Shown one piece after another: positions 53,855-64,000 of a DNA stretch of 64,000 nt (position 1 is its first letter; every line of letters starts with the position of its first letter). The notes beneath the pieces are model-generated. The model searched no databases, was not told the origin of the DNA, and worked only from the letters and a program-made list of their open reading frames with translations. The DNA is from Antedon mediterranea (Eukaryota > Animalia > Echinodermata), in contig NC_092673.1 in the NCBI RefSeq assembly GCF_964355755.1, positions 17,915,648 through 17,979,647 of the forward strand, written 5' to 3'. A program made the position numbers and the translations under genes.

Positions 53855-55596
53855 CACAGCATTTACACTTGGATATTTTTTGTACCGCCGCCAGCGAGAA
53901 TAGCATAGCGCGTACATGTGCGATCGTTAATTGACAGGTTGTACTACCCAATCAGGAGCGCTTCTACCCGGCCAAGCACAGTGTGCGTCAACCTCCTAGC
54001 CAGGCCCACAGTACCACTCTCTGTGTATTCTTTTAGGCCTATCTATGTGACTTTGTTGAACACATTTTTTATCGAATTTGGACGTAATTAGAAACAAATT
54101 AAACATATATTTACAATTAAAAACAATTTACCTTTATAATGTAGGCTTATATTTTGTAATTATAGTCTTTGTTTCACCTTATATTAACAACGGTAGGCCA
54201 AAGAGACCGCCGACGTTCTTTTTAATTAATTTAGGATTTTATACTAGCCTAGGTAGGCCAGATCATAGAGGGAATTATTTCCTTACATCACAAATAAAAA
54301 TAGCCAACCAAAAAGGAAAAGAAAGATAAGAGGTAGACAAGAGTGTAAAGATATTATTAATATGTTTCAATTGTTACAATATTCAATTTAGGAAATGATA
54401 AACTGACTGGTATTTTTCTTTTTTTTCAGGTCTTCCGAGTTTACTGGTTTATGATTCCATTCATATTTATTATTTAACATACTGTACTTGCAAATAAAAT
54501 GAGTTGAATAATTCAACCACAAATCCTACAACTACAGTAGTAGTTAATAAAGTAATAAGAAAAATTAAAACAATACAAATATCAATTAATAAATTATAAT
54601 TTATTCATTTGTTACACATTTTCTAGCTTATAGTTCAGTACAACTTATTAAATGATTATATTTATTTGTATCTATAATTTATTTATGCTTAGGCCTATAC
54701 TATATAATTATAAATAATATTTAATAAATATCAGAACCGTGGCTGTCGAACCATGTATATTGTAGTCGATATCAGTGAAGCAATCTGAAAAATGTAAAGA
54801 AAAAAAATGTTATTTATAATAAATGATTTAAAGCAAAATATAAATAGGCTAGGCCTAGTTTTCAGATTTTATTAATTAGGCAAGAAAATACAAATTTATA
54901 TATAATAATATGTACGAGTATAAGCCGGCTAGGAAATAGAACAATTTGAATAGGCCTACTTAGGGTACCATATCTATTTGGTTTAGGCTATACTAGGCTA
55001 GGCCTAAACTCTAGGGAGCATTCATATTCCGCATGCCGTGAAAAGAACGTTACCCGTGCCCGGCCGTGTGCGCCTCTCTAACACAAAGCGTTGCACAACC
55101 AATTTATTGCGTTGAGCCTGTTTTGCTGAATAAGGGCCTGGACGGGCGCACGTAATTAAGCTACTGTATTTGCATACTGTTAATTATCACGTTTTATATA
55201 TCAACATGACCCTAGATAAATGATGCAGTTAGCTGACTATTCAAAAAAATATGTTTATATTTAAATAAATAAGATATAACGATAAATTTAACTTACTATG
55301 CGAAAATCTCGCTTTCGGCGCTTCCTCTCACAACAAGCGAGGTTTCCCTAGAAATTATTTATAGTCAACTAGGTGTTCAAACTTATGAGGAATCCGAATT
55401 TTCTATCTAAAAACCGATCTGATTGGTCAATTTTCTGGAATCTAGGCGCTACGAAATGCTATTTTTTGTATTCAATTAGCCAATCCGCGACTCTATAATA
55501 CAGGCGCTCGGGCTACAATTTCTATGACGTCATATTTCCTGAAGTGGGCGGGGCTTAGTTCCAATGTTAAGGAAGAGCGGTAGCGTAAATGCTGTG
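53855..55596. mobile_element. Chapaev-like (CMC) non-autonomous transposon inserted in the HINE
   Basis: TIR CACAGCATTTAC...GTAAATGCTGTG; 4-bp TSD GCAC, confirmed by the empty site agttacgcgcgcacgcgcattt in sibling HINEs. Confidence 0.82.
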
Positions 55597-56445
55597 GCAC
55601 GCGCATTTAAAATTTCAAAATGCATTATTTACGCGCGCGGTGCGCACGTAGCGTTGAAAACATATTTTTTTCTCTTGAATAATATTTTCAAGCCTTTCCT
55701 AGTAATTTTGGAAACAATTTAGACCTTTTGCACTTAAAATAACACCATACGAACACGTTAAATTAGATTAAATTATCGGATCATGCATCAATAAGGCTAA
55801 ACAAACATTGTGATGTCATCGTATGGCCACACGAATGTAAAATATAGGATTTTTATCTTTTTCGTTATTGCTCATCACATTCAATGGAGCGCATCACGCT
55901 TATCCGTATTCCATTTTCTCCAAGATTTTAAAATTGTTTAGGTCAATCAACTATCTTTCGCATGAGTTAAAAATATTTTAATTTTTATGACGTCATCATG
56001 TCTAAAAATGTAAATAACGTGGGTCACTTTGATTAAAACGTTTTCTGGAAGCTATTGGATTGTAGATACGAAATCATGAGAACATTTTGCCAATTGGATA
56101 TTGTGACATCATCATATGACCAGTTAAATAAAAAAAGTTGTGTTTTCGTCTTTTGCGTCATAGTTCACTACATTTCAAAGAGTGCGTATCAATATTTCAC
56201 GTATTCAAATTTCTTCTACACCTTAATATGTTGTTGCTAAGATAATTTCCTTCCGAAATTGCTACCTTCGTGTTTCATTTTGAAACCGTCAACATGTTAA
56301 AAATTTGAATAAATAGCGGGTCCCGTAATTTCACCTATTCTACAGTGTATGTGATATGTATACAGATTATACTGTGTATAATATGACACAACATAACAGA
56401 ATTCAGCAATAAAAACATATCATATTCTTCAGTTCAGGTCATAAT

Positions 56446-56647
56446 AATTTTGATATTGAAAATGTGTGTAGTTGGTTGCTTTCTTGTCGATGCTTTTATT
56501 GTAGAACGTAATTTATTTATTTTTCTCTGTTCTGGGTTGACCAACTAGCATGGTCTTTCCGTGCCTCCTTTTATAATTGTTTTGTCTTTTTTGTTATGTA
56601 TATGGCTGAAATTGAATAGATAAAAAATAAAAAAAATTAAAAAATAA
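56446..56647 (+). mobile_element. Short A-tailed insertion (probable 5'-truncated retroposon) in the HINE
   Basis: Interrupts the conserved aggtcataat|gccat and ends in an A-rich tail; possible ATAAT duplication. Confidence 0.55.
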
Positions 56648-56864
56648 ATAATGCCATGCGGATAACTAACTCTTCAAAGTGACGAGTTTCATGTCTAGTT
56701 TTTTTATTCATATTCATTAAATCAGCCATCATAAATAGGCTAAGTGTAGTTTCATTTACAACATAATAATGATATTTAAACCTATTTTAATGAAATATCC
56801 ACTTTGGTAATATTTATTATTTTTCAAAAAATCTTAGATATCAAAAATATCCTATAATTTGTTT

Positions 56865-57774
56865 TATTACATATAGTCTATGTAAATACATGAACGTGAT
56901 TGGTTGAAACTGCATCACATGACTACCGCTGCGAGGATCGTAAATCGTATATATCCTCGAGTACGATGATATTGACTGAGTAATTTTCACGTAATTATCG
57001 TGTCCCTGTCATTAAACATATAAAACCCAGCAAATTCTCGAGTACGATGATATTGACTGTAATTTTTGTGTGGCAACACTCGCGTCATCTACTGGGTCTT
57101 GAACTCGCGATGAAATTGTCATTCCATCGCAAGACAACGCCTCATGTACTGCGCCACGGAACTTGCTTGAAGAAATTAATCAACTAAACTATTTAAACTA
57201 TGCATACATAGCGCCTTCATTTGTTATTAGTCCTCCCTAGATGTGATGAAAGACCGTTTGTGATTGATTAATACTCACAGTAGTAACTCAGTATGCGCGT
57301 GACGCGGTGAACATCCGGTGATTCGACACTAAGAAGACGAATTATTATTTATTCGGCCTACCTGATTATAATATTAATGTATAGGCTTATTGGTGGAAAT
57401 TCTTCTGTTATTATTTAAACGACCTAGGCTAGTGATTATTTTATTGCCAAGGAATCAGTAATTAGTAATTACTGTATATATTATTCTTCGCAAGGTAAGG
57501 TGTCTAGGCAGCTTGTTTACATACAATAAAAAAAGGAGGCCTAGCCTAGCTACCAGACCCAGCAGATATTCTACTTGTTGTTGGCTATGTAATATAACAG
57601 ATATCGCCTTTTATATCGGTAAAATATAAGATTTGACATCCATCGGGAATGATATTATGTTCTCGGGGAATTATATATTTCCCTCAGCTGGTGCTTCAGG
57701 AAATATATATTCCCTCGAACATAATATCATTCCCTCTTATATGTTACCTCTAAGCAGGCAATATCTGTATAATA
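56865..57774. mobile_element. Putative Crypton-like non-autonomous element with subterminal long hairpin
   Basis: Short TATTA termini; long imperfect hairpin at 57645-57734 (gggaatgatattatgttc...gaacataatatcattccc); internal direct repeat ctcgagtacgatgatattgactg at ~56956 and ~57037. The class is inferred from architecture only. Confidence 0.45.
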
Positions 57775-58463
57775 ATGAGTTACAAATTATATTATTATTA
57801 TTGCTTTTAACTTTGATGAAACTGAAAAAAAAATGAAAATATTATGAGGATAATTACAGCATGATTGACAAAGCTAATATGCACACGCACTTTTATCAAT
57901 CATACTTTGACTTTTGACAAGATCGCCTACATTTTTAATATTACTTTACAATACTTGGTGTTGTATATTCTGGAACAGCCGCTCCATAATCTATTCTTCC
58001 TTATATCTTTACTCTTATTTTAAAAGTTAATACTAACAAATTTAATTAAATGAATGTATCTAATGATCAAATAACTGTTTTCTCATCGTAATTTATTTAC
58101 AAAATGTAAAAAACCATCAACAATTTTTAATAAACATAATGTACATTATACATCGTACATTCCTATCATAACAAACTATTCAAAACTTTCTATTATTTAA
58201 AAATCAAAGAAAATCGGGTCTCAGATCCATCCTATATGTGTTTCTCGGAGACTTGGTTATCGGAGGGAAAATCGGAGGGAAAGTCGGATGAACGTTTTGA
58301 GATTTGTGGGTTCCAGTTATTTCGAGGAATTCCCTGCTACAATTGTAAATAATAGTGCAATGGTTTTGCACAATAATAAAGTTAAACAGCCTAATTAAAT
58401 TGCACAAGAGAAGCTTTTGCACAATTTGATACCACAACAACCTAATGAGGAACATACAGTACA

Positions 58464-58684
58464 TAGCCAATCCAATCACTCACTGCACAGCCAATCCCAT
58501 AACTCACTGCACAGCCAATCCCATAACTCACTGCACAGCCAATCCCATCACTCACTGCACAGCCAATCCCATAACTCACTGCACAGCCAATCCCATAACT
58601 CACTGCACAGCCAATCCCATCACTCACTGCACAGCCAATCCCATAACTCACTGCACAGCCAATCCCATCACTCACTGCACAGCC
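58464..58684. repeat. 24-bp minisatellite, ~9 copies
   Basis: Unit AGCCAATCCCAT(A/C)ACTCACTGCAC; explains three overlapping repetitive ORFs. Confidence 0.96.
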
Positions 58685-60645
58685 GACCACTTTTCTATCC
58701 AAAATTCTCCTCCACAATATTAGTTTGTGTGTGATTTGTATTTATTTCTTCTAGGTTGCATTTGCTATGTATTATTTGTATGGCATTTGATAGACTTGCC
58801 CCAAGTCTGTATTATCTTTTTTTTTTAATTATTTGTTTTTATTTCGACCGCGATTTTTGTCTGAAAATACAGACTTGTGAAACACGTATAGAAATCGATT
58901 TGCAGACCGCAAACATACGATAAGAATGACGTAGGTTATCATACCGTATTTGGCTATATGGGGCGGGCGGTATGTAAATATGGATTTCGAATCAACCAAT
59001 GATCATTTTGTTTCAAAATGAAAGAGATCGAGTACGTAGGCCTACCAGTGCTTAATGTACGATCGAGACTGTTGAAATATAAAATAGTAATGCCAAGTTG
59101 TTTTGTTTATTAATTGTTTAGTCCTTGGCCTAGGCCTCTTTCGTAGGTCCTACTCAACTCGCACGTATGACCTGCCAAATAAAACGCCAATGAAGTAGGC
59201 CTACATACCACCGGCACACAACAGGGCTACACCACCACACAGAACAGGACAGGGTCTGGGTGGGAATTAAATCAAAATTATCTCCGCGTAATAAATGATC
59301 CATTCAATGTTTGATTTGCGGAGAAGCTAGCCTATCATATATCAAGACGAGTTTTCATGTTTCAAAGATCCCATCAAATGTTTACCAGACTACTAGGCAT
59401 ATAAAATAATTTCTAGCCTTCAGAACTTTCATAAATGTACCCAAGTACACATTGTCTAAACGTAACATAGCGCATGCGCATCATCTTATTTGTTGAGTCT
59501 TTGAAATTCTTAAATATGAATATTTAAACGGTGTACGAGAGAGTAGCCAATCGCATGCAGCTGAAACTAGTCAACCGGATAATCGTATGCACCAAGAATT
59601 CTTGGTGTCAAACCACGTGACTTGTGCGTGTTTCCCCAGACGGAGTATCCAAAATCAAGTAGTATACGTATGAAACGCCATATGTGCCAAAATATTTATC
59701 TTTTACCTAATATTAAGACAAAACTCCGTCTGGAACCCAGACTAGGCATTTGATGGAATAAATGTTTGTTGAATTGAATTGAAGTCCTGGGTGGGCTATT
59801 GCACCATTGGTGACCTCTTAAGATCTAAAACTTTGGCATTTCTACTATACTAGTGGTACAGTAACTCACTGACACTGACAGACTATAGTAATCTACAGTT
59901 TAAATTCTGCAGACACAAGTTTGGACTGAAATATTGGAATCTAACAATGAGTAATCTAATCAGGCAGTTTTCTTGGGTGGTTTATAAGTTGTATTAAAGT
60001 CCAGTAATTGTTGTTACAAATAACTACATATCAATATCAATCCATGTTTTATTACAAAATAGAAAGAATGTTGTAAACATTTTAAAATAAAGATTATAGA
60101 TCCAATATGTGCTTCTACATGTTCACAAGTATTCCTTACATCATTGACAATCAATTTAATCATTATCATCGTCAAATTGACCTTTCACCTGCATTTAGAT
60201 TAATATTTTTTCAAATTTTAATTTTTCATTTTTTCTTCATGTCAAGCAATTTCAGTTGTTATAAACTGCTGTGTGTTCTATTTATTATCTTTGTTTAACA
60301 TTAGAATACAATGTTAATATTAAATCTATGGTAAAGATTATCTGATAACAAATTGTATTAACAGGAACTCAATAAAACAAAACAAACTAATCAATTAATT
60401 TTTTTAAATAACAATTTTTACCCTGGATTTCTGTATAAATGTTATAATGAACTTTGACTTGTATTAATTGAGAATACCTGTTTTTAATCCCACTATCAGA
60501 AAGGATTACATAATTGCAGCCAATAAAAATCTAATTCAAACCAAATTAATAATAATATGTCTGAGAACTTACTTACAGTAGACAGATTAATTAACAATTG
60601 CAAAATGATTTTTTAAGCATTTTATAGCAATTATTTATAATAAAA

Positions 60646-60700
60646 ACTAGATTTGAACTTATCATGGTAATGAGTTAGGCTATTGCACAACGCATTGTAA
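60646..60700 (-). mobile_element. Decayed 3' end of an older HINE-like element
   Basis: aaCTAGatttgaacttatcatggtaatgagtt resembles the tail at 28483 (ctagatttgaactcgtcactttgacgagtt). Confidence 0.5.
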
Positions 60701-61430
60701 CACACACATACTATTATGTGCAATTGTACGAACAGCATAGCCATAGGCCTAATCCATTTCAGTCGATCAAAGGGGTATTTCTACCGTTCAACAAGCGTCA
60801 ACATTTGACCGTAATAGCATTGTAAACAGTTTAGTTGATGGTTAGTTTTTATTTTACGCAACTCGCGTTTATTTAAACATTTGAATATGATGACTTTTTC
60901 AAAATGAAAAATAAATTCATATGTCTGAAAGATACTTGTTTGAGTAAATTGGAAGAAAACTGATAAAAATTAAGTAAGGCAATAAGATGATGTAGCTGCT
61001 CACAATTAAAATAGTGAGATAGATAGTAGTTTTTGTTTCATTATGCAATGATAAATAAAAAAATAAAATTAATGTGATGTGAAGTAGGATTGCCCTCCCC
61101 ATGGATATCTTTTTTCCTTCTTGATATACCTTACCAATAATTAACCAGTATATAGGCCAATAAATAATATTATCAATACTATTATCATCAACATAAAATG
61201 GCATAGTAGGCCTCTACTAACCAAACAGAGTCTCCCTAATTAGCCTTTAGTGAAAATTGTTTTTTATACCTAAACAATTCCTTCAAAATACACATTATTA
61301 TCCTAAAGCACAAAATATTATTAATTTGCACTTTTTTTTATAAAGCTAACATTATTATTGTTGGTAATTTGTGAATCTTTATTTTACAGTTGCAATTCTA
61401 CATGTTATCCTATTTCTTATAGAATTACTT

Positions 61431-61612
61431 TACATTTACCTACTCAACATGCAAGGTGTCCTTTAAATTGAGTAAATGGCTCAGCCCAGAGATATATAAA
61501 GAGTTACAACATTGAATGATTACATTTACCTAATCAACGTGCAAGGCGTCCTTTAAATTGAGTAAATGGCTCAGCCCAGAGATATATAAAGAGTTACAAC
61601 ATTGAATGATTA
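61431..61612. repeat. 90-bp tandem duplication (2 copies)
   Basis: tacatttacct...caacattgaatgat at 61431 and 61521. Confidence 0.92.
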
Positions 61613-62686
61613 GAAGCCATTTTTGTGTCAAAGAATTTGCACGCTCCATGCACACTTGTTTATTTTGTATAGTGTTTTCCTGTAGTTCATGCATTATTTT
61701 TAGATCTATGAAATAATGCTTAGATTCTGTTTATATTTTAGTAATTTATTTTATTAATGGTCTTGATTCGGTAGCCTATATGTATTTTTTATAATGAACA
61801 AAAAAATAAATTCTACATGCAAGTTGGGATAAATCAAAGCTATAACACACATATTCATCCCTCTTTATGGCTCTGTGTTTTTAACACAAACTGCTCCACC
61901 AACTTTATTAAAGATGTATTGTCCCTTGAAACACAAAAAAATGAAGGTCAAAATATTCTAAATTTAAATTGGCCATATCAAAGTAATATTAAAGTTATAC
62001 ACTTTAAGTCGAAAATTTTAGCCAAAAACAACAATTTTGCGTAATTAACAGGTAAATTAATTTGATTACATTACGTCTGGAAAATCGTCGCGAGCGAATG
62101 ATAAACAAAGATTTCAAACCATTATGCATGATGCTAATTAGGATTGTTTACAACTCGTCACGGTTGAGAAGGTGTTTTGACACAGATCGCGAGGAAGTTT
62201 TATGATTATGCATACAGAGTAGCCAAACATGCGCGTTGCATTATAAGATGTGTTTTGATCGAAAACTTTGACTGGAAGTCAAAGTTATTTTTTTAACAAA
62301 AAAACGTCTGTATTTCAGTTAAATGATTGAATTTTTTCCGACTAATTTTTGGTGAAAGTTTAATAACTACTATGATACTTCAAAATGAACCACTTTTTTT
62401 GGAAATCTTTTTTTAAATATTTTTTTGGAATTGGTCAAAGGGAGAATACATCTTTAAATTTCCAAGACTCGTTCATCATTTCATTTGTAATAATTTGCCT
62501 TTATTATTTTAATATTGTTTATACCCTTTTCAGTATATTAACCAATATATCCACGACACTTTATTATTTTATTTAGTCATCAAAGCATGCATTATGAATT
62601 AAAAAATATTACATAGTTATGTTCCAAAATCAATAAATCTTATAATGTACTAGCCCAATTATTTATTCTTTGCCGCAAGTACTTCC

Positions 62687-63260
62687 AGTGTTCTCCCCAG
62701 GATTCATATCAAGCATCACGCTTCCCCCCCCCCCCCCCGATTTTTGGTAATTGACACCCTAGATGGCCGGAAATTCATGCTGAATGACACCTCTAGTTTG
62801 GTCGGAAACGACACTTATAGTGCACTACCTACTTTTACGCGATAAGAAAACAATTTTTCGTTCATTACGAATGTCCGGGGGAAGTCCCCAATTTAAAAAA
62901 GGCCTACTCATCAGTAGGACAACTCTAATTGGCCGGAAATGACACTTCATAGCGCGCTAGCAAACAGTAAAACGATCGTAGCCTACTTTTTCCGCGGGTA
63001 AACATACGCGATAAGAAACATTTTTTGCGTTCATTACAAACGTCAGGGGGAAGTCCCCAATGACAAAAAATAGGCCTACTCGTCAGTAGGACAACTCTAG
63101 TTGGCCGGAAATGACACTTAGCGCGCTAGCAAACTGCAGAATGATCGTACTGTAGCCTACTTTTTCCGCCGGTAAACATACCCGATAAGGGGGATTAGTT
63201 CCCGATGAAATACAGCCCGACTAGTCAGTAGGACACCTTTAGTTGGCCGGAAAGGACATT
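62687..63260. repeat. hAT-like element end with ~170-bp tandem repeats (~3 copies)
   Basis: Starts cagtgttctccccagg; ttggccggaaatgacac recurs at ~62929 and ~63101, with diverged copies at ~62800 and ~63243. Confidence 0.6.
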
Positions 63261-63654
63261 TTTTTGTCTTTTATGGGCTCGTCCCACTTTTATTTCAGTT
63301 TGCAGTAAAAATTAAAAACAAAGGTCATGTTCTCCATTTTTCTTGTCACATGCAAGTGACGCGTACATATTTATGATTATTGTTAAAACTTGTTTTATTT
63401 TAATGACATAGTATATTTAAAAGTGAATAAAAAAAAAATTTACAATTATTAAAAACATTTACTTATGACATACATACAATACAAACATGCTGAATATTGC
63501 GGATTTCATATAAATTATTAAAATTGTCTAGAAACATAATCAAGGGTTACATTTAAAATCACTTGAAATAAAAAAGGGCTACACATTTATATTAAAACTT
63601 ATACAGCATATGTCACACAAATATAAAATACAATTGTAAATCATAGGGAGAGAG

Positions 63655-63800
63655 ATCAATCAATCAATCAATCAATAATTTTTATTTCTCAAATAAAAAC
63701 AAAAAAAAACAGTTAACATTTTCTAAAAATAATAGATAATAAATGAGAAAAAGGGGTACCCCACAGGAAGCTTAAGCTTTAAAATGTGGGGTCCTGGCAA
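63655..63800 (-). mobile_element. Probable LINE 3' UTR end
   Basis: (caat)n tract next to stem-loop ccccaca...tgtgggg. Confidence 0.4.
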
Positions 63801-64000
63801 CATAATTAAAAGTAAGGTAAGGTAAGAAATATATATAATATATGATAATGAACATAAAAAGACATTTAACTTAACAAATGCAGTTATTATTTGACTTAAG
63901 ACAGATATATGATCAACTTAAATAATAATAGTAGAAACAAGGTATTCATGTAGTTTGAACTTAAATGAAGATATAAAATTAATAATTTTAATTTCATCTG

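Larger units (their letters stand above)
53484..56698 (+). mobile_element. Solitary HINE copy carrying two insertions
   Basis: Head agttatccgcttagtagcggataact at 53486; tail gcggataact...catgtctag ending at 56698; body matches the array unit. Confidence 0.88.

Noticed and set aside
58417-58734. His/Ser-rich and CTANPITH-repeat ORFs
   Set aside because: They arise from a 24-bp minisatellite that is open in several frames.
60917-61204. 95-aa hydrophobic minus-strand ORF
   Set aside because: AT-rich composition with no recognisable domain or splice support.

Overview
This is an AT-rich animal genomic window; a marine invertebrate such as an echinoderm is an inference from the repeat types. It is not prokaryotic, and nearly all listed ORFs are spurious repeat translations. 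It consists mostly of nested non-autonomous DNA transposons. (1) An old inverted duplication (~4.8-7.4 kb vs ~19.7-23.1 kb) encloses a 7.4-kb CMC/EnSpm-like element, which has 61-bp and 112-bp subterminal arrays and three further MITEs inside. The duplication also encloses a spliced minus-strand gene, largely missed by the ORF track, whose four in-phase exons (16524-18095) encode an OB-fold (RPA/HIN-like) protein. (2) A 24-kb block (23570-47645) holds about 15 Helentron/Helitron2-type non-autonomous elements (HINEs, ~1.55 kb). It is not a simple tandem array: the copies inserted into each other at TT sites just behind the 5' hairpin, so heads and tails pair like brackets. (3) A run of foldback/MULE-, Kolobok-, hAT-, Chapaev- and Crypton-like MITEs, minisatellites and LINE tails follows. 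No transposase, RNA gene or CRISPR array was found. Superfamily names rest on termini and TSD rules, not on database hits.
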